The notes: generated by a model from the sequence alone, not told the origin. A stretch of DNA of 64,000 nt from Candidatus Parcubacteria bacterium (GCA_041158505.1 JBEBBG010000007.1:27879-91878), one strand, 5' to 3'. Positions 6,889-16,544 are shown, numbered from the stretch's first letter. Program-made: numbers and translations.

Positions 6889-9180
6889 TTATTTGTTTTC
6901 AACTCTAACTTCAGATTCAACCCGTATCTTGATTGGAACCAGTGCGTCATACTTGTTCACTATTTTTGAGTAGACATCAATGGACTCCTCAGAGCTTTCA
7001 ACGGTCAAAACAACAGCAAACCTGATTTTCCTGTTCTTATATCGAGTACCTCTTTCAAAGGCGTGTATATGAAAGAAAGGGTTGTCTATGTTCTCGATTT
7101 TCTTTCCTAAAGTTCGTGTATCAACGCTGTCCCATTTCAGGTCGGCACGCAATTCGTCTTCTGGAGCATAGGGTGCAGGAGCAGAATCAGGCACGGGAAA
7201 TTCAGACTGTTCCCAACCTGCATCAAGGAGACTTTGTACTTGAGCCGATTCGGTTCTCAAGTCCAGCACCTGCTTGCGTTCACCTTTCTTACTAAAACGA
7301 TATTTCTTTGAATTTGGATACAGGGTCATTACCACTGACGAAGCTGTATAGTCGTCAGGACTTTGCGGGTCAATTGCCGTTGATACAGCAATAGTCCATC
7401 TGAAGTTTACTTTGCCTCGGTCAATTGCATCATCCCAAGGTATCGTAAATTCAGCATATTTTTTTGGAAGCAATTCACCTTTGTATATCAGGGTGTAAGA
7501 ATTGCTTTTACAGGTTACGATTTCATCTACTGTTTCAGCCAAAATACCGTGACCCGTTTCATTGCTATGCTTCTTCTCTTCGGAGTCAGCACTGTGAATG
7601 AGGAGTGCTCTTGCGACAAGGGGGTCAATAGCACCGTCACTGTATCCAACTAACTGTCCTGCATATCCAGCGACAATAGGACTTGCAAAGCTTGTGCCTT
7701 GATTCCAAGCTTTCTCATTCAAGTTATGTGCAACAAGATGGATAGGGTGCTGGTCGCATCCTCCAAACGCCAATAGGTCTGGCTTTAGTTTATTACCCTC
7801 ACGCCCAGGACCTTTACAGCTATAAGGAGCACGAATTATCTTCCCATCTTTCTTTGTGTAAGAACCGATTCCTAGACCATTTGCCATATCTGAGGGGGCT
7901 TGTATTCTTCCAGCTGAACCACTGAGATGTCCGTCATTTCCTACAGCTACCGTAAAGAGCACATTCAATTTCGCACTGAGTAAATCGCAGGCAAAAGTGA
8001 ATCGTGAAATCAAATCATCTACAATCGGTCCCTTTGGACCAAGGCTGAGGTTCCAAACTTTTATATGCGGATTGAGAGGGACTGTCTCTTCAATCTCATC
8101 AATGATTTCGTATAGGTCTGGGTCGGAGGTATTTTGAACAGGAAGTACACGGAAGCTTTTGACACTAACCTTTGGAGTAGGGAGAGTATCGCTTGCCGAA
8201 TAATTATTTATTGCACCAAAAAGAACTGCTCCTGAAACTTGAGTTCCGTGATTTATGAATGCATCCGCTGATGCTTCTGTTGTCAGGTCTTCATTCTCAA
8301 CAAAACCTTGTAGGTATGGACTATCTTCTTTCACACCACCATCGAAGATTCCCACTACAACATCAGCCTTTTCTCCTGATGCAGGCGTTGGTCCACCACT
8401 AATAGAGCCTCCTCGGCTTACAGTCGGCAAATCACGCAAATCCATCGTATGGAGCGTTCTTAGTGGGTTGTATTCCGCAACAGTAGCAACAGTCTTCTTG
8501 GTCCCATACAAGCTCACAAAGGTGATGCCAGATTCGTATTGTTTATAACGAACTCTTCCCAAATCTACTCCTGACTTCTTTAGAAGCTCAAGAAAGTTAT
8601 TGAGTGCTTCTTCTTTGTCTTTTTCAAAAGGATGCAGAACTGCTTCTAGTCGCCCCTCGGTCCAATCACTTGGAATCCCTAGAATTTGTTCTTCAGATTC
8701 AAGCGTATCCACTGATTTGATTGTTCTAACATCATACGCAAAGCCTTTTGTTACAAAGGCTTCTTCCTGGCTGATTTTTTGTTCAAGCTCATTCAAGCCA
8801 CGCTCAGTTGTTCTGACGAAAAACAATTTACCAGTTTCTTCAATACCGTCTTCCTCAGGAGAATTTTCACGCCAGATTCTTGAACCGATTTCTTCTACCT
8901 CACCATTTCTAGAAACCGCAGAGAAAAGGTCTCCAGGATAGTAACTTTTTGCTGAAAATTCAGGATGCATTCTCACACAAACAACGAATTCGTGTGGGAG
9001 CTTTTTATCCGCAGGGATAGTACTGAGCTTCTCTCGGGTCTGGGTGATGTCTGACAAAATTTTTGTTCTTGCCACATCATAGGAAAGAGCAGGCTCCTTT
9101 GAAGAGCCTCCGACTCTTTTCGTGATTGGTTTTGTATATATTTCTCCTTTGTAGAGAATTGGTCGGCGGTTATTTTCCAT
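6889..9180 (-). CDS. S8 family (subtilisin-like) serine peptidase, 763 aa, with extra N- and C-terminal domains
   Basis: The catalytic triad is in the correct order: VVVGIFDGGV (Asp), HGTQVSG (His) and GTSFASPIVAG (Ser). Confidence 0.85.
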   Translation of the reverse strand: MENNRRPILYKGEIYTKPITKRVGGSSKEPALSYDVARTKILSDITQTREKLSTIPADKKLPHEFVVCVRMHPEFSAKSYYPGDLFSAVSRNGEVEEIGSRIWRENSPEEDGIEETGKLFFVRTTERGLNELEQKISQEEAFVTKGFAYDVRTIKSVDTLESEEQILGIPSDWTEGRLEAVLHPFEKDKEEALNNFLELLKKSGVDLGRVRYKQYESGITFVSLYGTKKTVATVAEYNPLRTLHTMDLRDLPTVSRGGSISGGPTPASGEKADVVVGIFDGGVKEDSPYLQGFVENEDLTTEASADAFINHGTQVSGAVLFGAINNYSASDTLPTPKVSVKSFRVLPVQNTSDPDLYEIIDEIEETVPLNPHIKVWNLSLGPKGPIVDDLISRFTFACDLLSAKLNVLFTVAVGNDGHLSGSAGRIQAPSDMANGLGIGSYTKKDGKIIRAPYSCKGPGREGNKLKPDLLAFGGCDQHPIHLVAHNLNEKAWNQGTSFASPIVAGYAGQLVGYSDGAIDPLVARALLIHSADSEEKKHSNETGHGILAETVDEIVTCKSNSYTLIYKGELLPKKYAEFTIPWDDAIDRGKVNFRWTIAVSTAIDPQSPDDYTASSVVMTLYPNSKKYRFSKKGERKQVLDLRTESAQVQSLLDAGWEQSEFPVPDSAPAPYAPEDELRADLKWDSVDTRTLGKKIENIDNPFFHIHAFERGTRYKNRKIRFAVVLTVESSEESIDVYSKIVNKYDALVPIKIRVESEVRVENK

Positions 9181-9181
9181 A

Positions 9182-10315
9182 TTATTCTTGTTTAGCTATA
9201 TGGTACTGAACTCCACCTGGACTGAATCCTGTGATTTCGGCTAACTCTCTTACAGTGATTTCATTTCCCAACATCTGTTTAGCTAGTATGCAAAATTTTC
9301 CTTTGGTGTCTTTATCGTTTGTATATGCTTCTACGGCGTGAAGAATTGCCTTTGGCATATCCTCATCTTTCAAGACAACTCTACGCTTGATATTTTCAGC
9401 CAAACGACATAGGTCAGCAGGGCTTCTATTCACCAGTAACTCCGCTACTGCGGGCATAAAAGCTTCGTCTTTCTTGGACAAAAATTCTCCTAACTCGTTT
9501 TTTAGAATCTGAATTCTCTCATTCTGCTCTGGTAGACCTAGCTCAAGAACGTGGTCAAAACGTCTCCATATTGCTCGGTCCAAGAGTTCAGGGTGATTGC
9601 TTGTAGCAATAACTACCGATGAGACTGGCCACGATTCAAGCTCCATAAGCAAAACGTTCACAACTCTTTTGATTTCTCCCAAGTCAGTGGAGTCATCTCG
9701 TCTTTTAGCAATTGCATCAAACTCATCCAGCAAAAGAACAGCTGAACTTTGTCGGGCATATTCCAAAACTTTCTTTAGGTTTTGCCCCGTCTTTCCCAAT
9801 AGGCTTGAAATACTTGTAGACAAATCTAAAACTATCAAATTCTTATTCAAAGCTGATGCTATGTATCGAGCAAGCATCGTCTTGCCTGTACCAGGTAGTC
9901 CTGTGAGCAGGAGTCCTGTGGAAGGCTTGATACCTTTATCGAGCAAGTGAGATATTTTTTCTCTCTCGTGCAAAAAACTATCAACAACCTCTTTCAAAAC
10001 TGGGCTTAGAATTGGAAAGGTGTTGCGTTCAGTATCTGGAGGGAAAATAGTTGCCATCTCCAGTCGACTATCTGAATCAGTGGGGATAGGAGTGTTCACA
10101 CCTCGTGTGAAAGATGGGTTGAGAGAGTGGGAGCTTAGTGTAAAAATTATTTTCTTTGCCAACTCAGGCTCAGAAGCTTTTATCAATCGAGATAGATTGA
10201 GTGCATATGCTTCTACTTCGTCATTCTTCTTTTTCAGACCTGAAATAATCAGGTCAATCAGAGTCTTATCGTATGCTGAAACTTTAGTTGTTTTTTTGGT
10301 CATATGTAAATTCAC
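9182..10315 (-). CDS. Classic AAA+ ATPase with a C-terminal HTH
   Basis: Walker A is GLPGTGKT, Walker B is LLLDEFDA, and the second region of homology is SNHPELLDRAIWRRFD. The C-terminus ITVRELAEITGFSPGGVQYHI is HTH-like. Its stop is 2 nt before the protease start. Confidence 0.85.
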   Translation of the reverse strand: MNLHMTKKTTKVSAYDKTLIDLIISGLKKKNDEVEAYALNLSRLIKASEPELAKKIIFTLSSHSLNPSFTRGVNTPIPTDSDSRLEMATIFPPDTERNTFPILSPVLKEVVDSFLHEREKISHLLDKGIKPSTGLLLTGLPGTGKTMLARYIASALNKNLIVLDLSTSISSLLGKTGQNLKKVLEYARQSSAVLLLDEFDAIAKRRDDSTDLGEIKRVVNVLLMELESWPVSSVVIATSNHPELLDRAIWRRFDHVLELGLPEQNERIQILKNELGEFLSKKDEAFMPAVAELLVNRSPADLCRLAENIKRRVVLKDEDMPKAILHAVEAYTNDKDTKGKFCILAKQMLGNEITVRELAEITGFSPGGVQYHIAKQE

Positions 10316-10357
10316 TAAACAAAACTACATAAATACCCTTATATACATACGATATCT

Positions 10358-11149
10358 TTGTTTAGTAAATTCATTATATTATCTATAACTAAACAAGTAC
10401 AGTATTTTCTGTGGAAAAGTGCACGCTATACCAGTAATTCTTGCATCTGTCCTAATGCAATATTTGGAAACGGATATTCCTCTGCCCAATTCACGGTTCG
10501 TAAATCGTCTACAAGAGCGAGCATGCAAATATTAATAGAGCCAATTATAAACGATAAGATCCAACAGGACATAGTACAAGGTGAAAAATTTTTCCTGAGC
10601 TTGCGCGTGACAAATAAAACAATTACTCCTAGTGAAAATTTTACAATTGAATCAATGGTCTTGTTTTATAAACAGTCGGATATTGTAGACGATTGTGAAA
10701 ATAAAAGTTATTTTATAAGAAAATTAAACCCTGATGAATCTTTAACATTAGAAATAGGGTATTTTGTCGCAATTGTACATGGATTAATCAGTTTAAAAAT
10801 AAATGCTCGGTCAGAAAATAATACTCCAATAAGCTTTTTACAATCCCAGCATAAAATTGGAACTAAGCAAATAATCAACAATCCTAACGAATGGATTGAT
10901 TTTCTGTGGGTAGAAAGTAAGAGTGAGAACAATCAGAAAAAAACTAATATTATTACTTTGTGGTTGAACATATTATTGCTTTTTATTGCATCCATTCAAA
11001 TACAGGAAAAGATTAATATTCAAGATTTCTTTAAAAACGTAATCTTTAAATCTAATACATACAAAGAATCAGATTTTCTAGTATTAATTTTAAGTATATT
11101 GATTTCATTAAGTGCTTTAATTTTCTTTAAAAAGAAAGATAGATTCTAA
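10358..11149 (+). CDS. Hypothetical protein, very AT-rich (~28% GC), with a C-terminal TM helix. The true start may be the internal Met near 10520.
   Basis: Only the ORF itself; no recognisable domain. Confidence 0.3.
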   Translation: MFSKFIILSITKQVQYFLWKSARYTSNSCICPNAIFGNGYSSAQFTVRKSSTRASMQILIEPIINDKIQQDIVQGEKFFLSLRVTNKTITPSENFTIESMVLFYKQSDIVDDCENKSYFIRKLNPDESLTLEIGYFVAIVHGLISLKINARSENNTPISFLQSQHKIGTKQIINNPNEWIDFLWVESKSENNQKKTNIITLWLNILLLFIASIQIQEKINIQDFFKNVIFKSNTYKESDFLVLILSILISLSALIFFKKKDRF

Positions 11150-11176
11150 AAATAAGCCAAATATAACAACCCACTG

Positions 11177-11208
11177 CACTGGTTCGAGCCAAACGCAGTC
11201 CGCGGAGC
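11177..11208 (+). repeat. Cassette-boundary repeat, copy 1 (CACTGGTTCGAGCCAAACGCAGTCCGCGGAGC)
   Basis: First of 10 co-oriented copies of the 32-34-nt motif. It precedes the first cassette. Confidence 0.8.
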
Positions 11209-11271
11209 ATCTGAAAAATACCTTTTAATCAATAACGAGTAGAATTTCAAAGCTTTTGCTATACTGCCGAT

Positions 11272-11982
11272 ATGAAATTCGATAAAACTAAACTAGAGGA
11301 GTATCTCAAAGCATTCTTTCAAGAATACGAAGTAAACGGTCTGCTTTCTGTGTACCTGTGGGGTTCAATCACTACAGGCGAATTTGCTATTGAGACAAGT
11401 GATATAGACATTATCGCAATAGTTAGACCAGAGCATTCAATTGACCAATCTGCTATCAAAGAAAAACTTAATGCATGTTTTGATGATTTCAAACATTTCG
11501 GATTTAACGTAATCAGAGAAGATGAACTAACAGAAGGAGTCGGGAAAGAAAGTTCAATTACCACGGTGATACATCCACGGATACTTCTTGCTGATATGCG
11601 AGATTGGAAGCACGTGTTTGGAAATAACTACTCAATTAGCAGCTTTACGACGAACCCTCCACTGCCAGATGAATTAATCGGTTTGGAAATAAAGAAAATA
11701 ATCAGAGACGGTTGGAACGATTCAGCAAATGTGGGAGACAATTTTGTACAATATCATCTCAAGGGAATTATGCGAATCATTTACTATACTCAACTCAAGC
11801 GTCATGAACACTTCCCTTTTTCTTACACAAACATAAGACAGAAAGCCAACAAAGAAGAAGCCAATCTAATTGACTTTTTTTATGAGAACAAAGAAAAGGG
11901 ATACAGTAAACAACACCTCTTAGAGAATAAGTTTTTAGTAGACTCCTATATAAAGAAAATGATAGAGGAGTTTACAAAATAG
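11272..11982 (+). CDS. Nucleotidyltransferase-fold protein (ANT/AadA/Lnu-like, Pol-beta superfamily)
   Basis: LWGSITTGEFAIETSDIDIIAIV matches the GS-x9-13-DxD nucleotidyltransferase signature. Its 236-aa size is similar to aminoglycoside and lincosamide nucleotidyltransferases. Confidence 0.55.
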   Translation: MKFDKTKLEEYLKAFFQEYEVNGLLSVYLWGSITTGEFAIETSDIDIIAIVRPEHSIDQSAIKEKLNACFDDFKHFGFNVIREDELTEGVGKESSITTVIHPRILLADMRDWKHVFGNNYSISSFTTNPPLPDELIGLEIKKIIRDGWNDSANVGDNFVQYHLKGIMRIIYYTQLKRHEHFPFSYTNIRQKANKEEANLIDFFYENKEKGYSKQHLLENKFLVDSYIKKMIEEFTK

Positions 11983-11994
11983 TCACAAACTCAA

Positions 11995-12026
11995 CACTGG
12001 TTCGAACTAAACCAAGTCCGCGGAGC
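11995..12026 (+). repeat. Cassette-boundary repeat, copy 2
   Basis: CACTGGTTCGAACTAAACCAAGTCCGCGGAGC. Confidence 0.8.
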
Positions 12027-12094
12027 GCGGTTGACAAAGTAAAAATCTAGTGATAATTTCCAAACGGTCTTAGTTCAACAAAAACCAAACGTCA

Positions 12095-12430
12095 ATGACA
12101 GGAATCAGAAAACCATCGGACGGAATCGTCGCGCTTACCTGTGAACCCGATGCATCCCCCGTTGCACAGCTAGCCGATACAGCAGAAGCCACTGCTTGGA
12201 CCGAAGAGGTGCTCGCGGCAATTACAAAGGAGCTCACAGATCCACGTAATGCCTACCGCGCACCAGAACATCCCCTGCGAGCTTACCTGGATTCACTCAA
12301 GCTGCTGTTGGAGAAACTTCAGACGAGGCAGCCCGTCGAGCTCTGGGAAGTGCATCGGGAGTTAGCAAGGGCAAACTCTCAGTTTCACGACGACAGTTTT
12401 ACCGAAGCGTGCACGCTGCTGTTCGGATAA
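12095..12430 (+). CDS. Hypothetical cassette protein (111 aa, ~55% GC)
   Basis: An ORF between two repeats, followed by a terminator. Confidence 0.4.
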   Translation: MTGIRKPSDGIVALTCEPDASPVAQLADTAEATAWTEEVLAAITKELTDPRNAYRAPEHPLRAYLDSLKLLLEKLQTRQPVELWEVHRELARANSQFHDDSFTEACTLLFG

Positions 12431-12501
12431 ATTCACAGCCGCCCAACATGCTACCCCTACTTATCAAGCAAGGGGTACGCTTTTTCTTTTCTACCCCACC
12501 A

Positions 12502-12533
12502 CACTGGTTCGAGCTAGCTCAAGTCCGCTGAGC
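12502..12533 (+). repeat. Cassette-boundary repeat, copy 3
   Basis: CACTGGTTCGAGCTAGCTCAAGTCCGCTGAGC, preceded by a hairpin and TTTTTCTTTTCTACCCC. Confidence 0.8.
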
Positions 12534-12674
12534 TCTTGTAAATAAAAAATATAATTTAGTCTCTACATACTATAGTTCTTGATACTCACCTATTTTTGTT
12601 TAGTTTTCCACATACACAAATGGACCCATGATTAATGAGGCCATTTATGTATAAAACTACTTATACAAGTTATA

Positions 12675-13052
12675 CTATTGAACAAGCATAACGCCGCTAT
12701 GTACGCCTAAGTTGTAGGCTGTTCTAAGTGCTTCGGCTAGTGAGTTGGCCATAACACTGGTGCGTTGACCTGAAGTGTTTATAAACTCATACACGTGCGC
12801 CCCTTGTCCCATCGAAACTTGGCCACCAGCAATAGAAGTATCACCTCTCACAAGCATAACGCCACTATGTACGCCTAAGTTGTAGGCTGTTCTAAGTGCT
12901 TCAGCTGATGAATTAGCAACAACACTAGTGCGTTGATTTGAACTGTTTATGAACTCATACGTAGAAGCTTCCGCAAAATTTGCAGATCCTAGAGTTAGCA
13001 TAAGCGCACCTAACATAAACAATCCCGATGCAACATTTGTTTTTTTATTCAT
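12675..13052 (-). CDS. Secreted hypothetical protein with an internal ~56-aa tandem duplication
   Basis: Signal peptide MNKKTNVASGLFMLGALMLTLGSANFA. The two repeats are YEFINSSNQRTSVVANSSAEALRTAYNLGVHSGVMLV and YEFINTSGQRTSVMANSLAEALRTAYNLGVHSGVMLV. This is the only minus-strand gene in the array. Confidence 0.5.
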   Translation of the reverse strand: MNKKTNVASGLFMLGALMLTLGSANFAEASTYEFINSSNQRTSVVANSSAEALRTAYNLGVHSGVMLVRGDTSIAGGQVSMGQGAHVYEFINTSGQRTSVMANSLAEALRTAYNLGVHSGVMLVQ

Positions 13053-13533
13053 CTTTTTTTATTATTATTTTTTAATAAGCAAAGATATCTACTACATTTT
13101 TTGATAAAATATCAAAATGCATAGTCTTCAATATTTGAGAGTTACAGATAGTTTTTATAAATAACTGTAATAGACAAAATAGATTTTCAACCACTAATCT
13201 ATATTTTCGATAGATGCTCTTGCTACATATAAAAGTGTATACAATATATTGACAAAAAGCAAGTTTAATTGCATTATGACACACAAATACCAACCATACT
13301 AATCTCACCCTTTCTATTTACCCTCTTCCAATTCAAAGTTCTGTTTTTATTTCTCCTCTCCCGAACTAGTTCAAACGGAAGTAGACTCATTAGCACGCGT
13401 GGGTCTTTTTCTTTCTTGTTGAACGATACGAGTACACACTCAGCGCGGCATACACCCATCCTTGACTTCCCCACCTTTTAAAACTAATGTCGTTTAAGAT
13501 CCTAGACACACCACACAACCCACTTACAGAATC

Positions 13534-13800
13534 ATGAGTGATACCGTTACACGCATTGGTGACATGAACGCAATCCGCTGGCTTCTCGTCATGCGCCAAA
13601 GTGATGGCGACATTATTGTTCGGATTGTACAAGAGGGCGAAGTCGTCGGAGGAGAAGACTATGGCAATCCAATGGTTCCTTCTGCGGAAGTCGAATTCTG
13701 CCTTAGTGGCGGCAGGAGCAAGCACACTCGTGTAGCACTGCTTGCCTTAATGGAAGCAATGGAGCGAGATAACCAAGAACGCCCCATACCCTACGACTGA
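13534..13800 (+). CDS. Hypothetical cassette protein (88 aa)
   Basis: An ORF with a terminator at 13831-13867. Confidence 0.35.
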   Translation: MSDTVTRIGDMNAIRWLLVMRQSDGDIIVRIVQEGEVVGGEDYGNPMVPSAEVEFCLSGGRSKHTRVALLALMEAMERDNQERPIPYD

Positions 13801-13874
13801 ACCGCGAGAAGCAGCCCAAATACTCACACAGCCTCTGAACCCCAAACGTCAGAGGTGTTTTCTTTTCTACCCCA

Positions 13875-13906
13875 CACTGGTTCGAGCGAGTTGCAGTCCG
13901 CGGAGC
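13875..13906 (+). repeat. Cassette-boundary repeat, copy 4
   Basis: CACTGGTTCGAGCGAGTTGCAGTCCGCGGAGC. Confidence 0.8.
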
Positions 13907-13978
13907 ACTTTGACAATTTCTTAATTTAGTTTTAAAGTTTTTTCTAGACAAAAAATAACATCAACCTGAAAGGAGGCA

Positions 13979-14356
13979 TTGATGCCAGAAGATATTTACG
14001 ATTTAGAGGGTGAGGCAAGCTCCTTTGGAGATTACATTAACGCTTGGTACTTGCCAATTAGCAACCTTATGTCACGGCGAAAACAATGGGATGAAGCAAC
14101 CCTATTCAACTGGATAGAAGCTCATCCCATACAATCATTCACCTTGAGGTACGGGGGTGGCAAAAGTTCTTCAATGGAATGGTGTTTCACCAAATACCCC
14201 ACTCGAGTAGCTCGCCTAGATAGACTCTCCGAACTAGCCAACTCGTGCAAGGACATCACGGAGTTTAAGCGTATCTGCAATGAACTTTTTCGATTGGTGA
14301 ATGGTAGAGTTGCGTTTCCTGGAGAATTGTACAACCCCGACCTACTTGAATTGTGA
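13979..14356 (+). CDS. Hypothetical cassette protein (125 aa)
   Basis: An ORF followed by a terminator and repeat. Confidence 0.4.
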   Translation: MMPEDIYDLEGEASSFGDYINAWYLPISNLMSRRKQWDEATLFNWIEAHPIQSFTLRYGGGKSSSMEWCFTKYPTRVARLDRLSELANSCKDITEFKRICNELFRLVNGRVAFPGELYNPDLLEL

Positions 14357-14418
14357 AACAAGCCTCGCGAAGCTTCGACTTCGGTTGGGACTTTCGTGTT
14401 TTTCTTTCTACCCCACCA

Positions 14419-14450
14419 CACTGGTTCGGACTAGCTCAAGTCCGCGGAGC
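14419..14450 (+). repeat. Cassette-boundary repeat, copy 5
   Basis: CACTGGTTCGGACTAGCTCAAGTCCGCGGAGC. Confidence 0.8.
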
Positions 14451-14503
14451 CCTGACTTAAATCTTATCTTTCAATTGTATTCGGAACTGCTAAGATTAAT
14501 TAC

Positions 14504-15112
14504 ATGAAAATCATTTTGACCATAATTACAGTGCTATGCATTTGTGCTGCTTCTATTTTATATTTTTCACCGAAAACAGAGACTGAAACAACAATGAGTA
14601 CTTGGAAAACGTACACAAATACATTTTATGGTTTTACCCTTAAGTATCCTCGTGACATGTTTGTACTAGGGTGGCCCCTCGATTTTGAAATACACCAACC
14701 CTTACCAACTGAAAATGGTTACAATAATCAAATATTTATTACTCCATCAAGAACGATAAGCGATGTAGATCGTGATTACATGGCAATTCGTTTTGCCGAA
14801 GATGTGCGCAATGATACCCGCTCAATTCAGCAGCATTTCAAAGAAGATGCCCGATTCGTGACACACAATGTAGAAGATATAAGAACAATTAACGGTGTTG
14901 ATTTTATTTTTATAAGAACTGAACAAGGTGATTCAATCGCATATTTCAAAGTAAATGGCTACATTTTAAGCGCTGAGATGGACAAAAATTTCCCCAGCCA
15001 GGAACTGTTCATGGAAATCCTAGACACATTTGAAGTTGTGCCCAAAACTAAGCAAGAGATAGATTCTAATGTTTTTCCAAAAGGACCACCTAAAATTGAT
15101 GGCAGCATTTAG
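14504..15112 (+). CDS. Hypothetical membrane-anchored/secreted cassette protein (202 aa)
   Basis: An N-terminal TM/signal sequence. The gene is AT-rich. Confidence 0.4.
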   Translation: MKIILTIITVLCICAASILYFSPKTETETTMSTWKTYTNTFYGFTLKYPRDMFVLGWPLDFEIHQPLPTENGYNNQIFITPSRTISDVDRDYMAIRFAEDVRNDTRSIQQHFKEDARFVTHNVEDIRTINGVDFIFIRTEQGDSIAYFKVNGYILSAEMDKNFPSQELFMEILDTFEVVPKTKQEIDSNVFPKGPPKIDGSI

Positions 15113-15158
15113 AATTGACTCAATATTCTAGCTTGGTCAACATTTTAATACCCCACCG

Positions 15159-15190
15159 CACTGGTTCGAGCGAGCGTCAGTCCGCAAAGC
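15159..15190 (+). repeat. Cassette-boundary repeat, copy 6 (variant ending CGCAAAGC)
   Basis: CACTGGTTCGAGCGAGCGTCAGTCCGCAAAGC. Confidence 0.75.
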
Positions 15191-15253
15191 TACCATTTGA
15201 CATATTATATTAAATATGTTTTTATTTTGTAAATTCAACAGAAGGAGTAACAA

Positions 15254-15640
15254 TTGAAAAGAAAGAAGAAAACAAAAGGAGTTTTGGGAGACCAAGGAGT
15301 AAAGATCAAGCAGCCAGTGCCAACAACAACCATTTCTCAAGAGGGGATTGCCTCCAGAAAACCACTGAGAAGATTTGGTATCAACTTCAGGCACAGAGGA
15401 CACTACTTCTGGTTTCTGGTTTCGACAACAATCTTGCTTGCAAGCGTTGTCGCCAGTGGTGTCGGCGGTAATCCAGTTTGGATTTCCATGGCTGGACTCT
15501 TTTTCCTCCAATCTAGCCTGGCGGCTGTTTTCGATACCAGAATGGGCACACGGGAGACCAGGTTATTCTCGGTTGACTGCATATGGTTCAACGGCCTGAT
15601 GGGAGGGATTTGCATCTTTATCACGAAAATATTCTTTTAA
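15254..15640 (+). CDS. Hypothetical membrane cassette protein (128 aa)
   Basis: Predicted TM helices. Confidence 0.35.
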   Translation: MKRKKKTKGVLGDQGVKIKQPVPTTTISQEGIASRKPLRRFGINFRHRGHYFWFLVSTTILLASVVASGVGGNPVWISMAGLFFLQSSLAAVFDTRMGTRETRLFSVDCIWFNGLMGGICIFITKIFF

Positions 15641-15730
15641 TGATTTGCCGATTTTTCAAGATAAATCGGAAGAGGCCCCTGATTACGTTACGTAATTCAC
15701 GGGGCTTTCGTGTTTTTCTTTTCTACCCCA

Positions 15731-15762
15731 CACTGGTTCGAGCGAGCGTCAGTCCGCGGAGC
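15731..15762 (+). repeat. Cassette-boundary repeat, copy 7
   Basis: CACTGGTTCGAGCGAGCGTCAGTCCGCGGAGC. Confidence 0.8.
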
Positions 15763-15835
15763 AAATATTGACTTAATCAAAAATAAGTGCTATAAAAAAT
15801 ACAACTGTTTTTTCCAATTCAACCCCCTTTTAACA

Positions 15836-16393
15836 ATGAAAACATTTCTGGTAACAGACAGGTTCTCTGAGTACCTACAGGGGGTCAAAGACCTCCAAGC
15901 AAGAAACCACAAGGACGTCGTCGGGACGAGCGAGCGAGGATTCCTAACCTGCCAGTTTTCAGTTGAAGAAATCGGCCGATTTGCTAGCGAAGCTGGCATT
16001 ATCGTCGTGACAGACGATAATGGGAGTCGAGTTCTCGGCTACAACATCCTCCTGACCATCGAGCGGACTCTCACCTACCCTGCGTACAGAGGTTTGGTGC
16101 ATGCTTACCAAGAGCTGCGTCCTGAATGCGATTTGTCAAAGGTGCTGTTGGCACGACAGTACTGCGTTGACGAAAGTGCAAGAGGTGGCCCTGCGGTGAA
16201 GTCTCTATACGACGTCATGCGGTCAAAGGTGTGCATTCCTCACGGGTACACATACTCAATCGGTGAAATCGATGAGCGCAACCGCATCAGCATGGTGGCA
16301 GCAAGAAGACTCCTGGGTTACACATTTATCGGCTCTTACCAGTCCGATGGAATAACCTGGAACATCGGAGAACGTCTTGAAATCCCTGCTTGA
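15836..16393 (+). CDS. Hypothetical cassette protein (186 aa from the internal Met MKTFLVTDR)
   Basis: The ORF-track start at 15710 lies inside the preceding repeat/terminator, so the Met at 15836 was chosen. Confidence 0.4.
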   Translation: MKTFLVTDRFSEYLQGVKDLQARNHKDVVGTSERGFLTCQFSVEEIGRFASEAGIIVVTDDNGSRVLGYNILLTIERTLTYPAYRGLVHAYQELRPECDLSKVLLARQYCVDESARGGPAVKSLYDVMRSKVCIPHGYTYSIGEIDERNRISMVAARRLLGYTFIGSYQSDGITWNIGERLEIPA

Positions 16394-16469
16394 TGTCGAC
16401 GACAGTTTCAACCCCGCCCAGTAGCGCAAGCGAACGGCGGGGTTCATCTTTTTTATTTCTACCTCATCA

Positions 16470-16500
16470 CACAGGTTCGAACCAACCCAAGTCCACAGAT
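16470..16500 (+). repeat. Cassette-boundary repeat, copy 8 (degenerate)
   Basis: CACAGGTTCGAACCAACCCAAGTCCACAGATC. Confidence 0.55.
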
Positions 16501-16544
16501 CAAAATTGACTAAAATATAAAATATCTATAGCGTGTGATGGAGC

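Noticed and set aside
8255-8941. Plus-strand ORFs inside the S8 protease gene
   Set aside because: They are Ser/Pro-rich antisense translations of the protease gene, and no independent signals support them.
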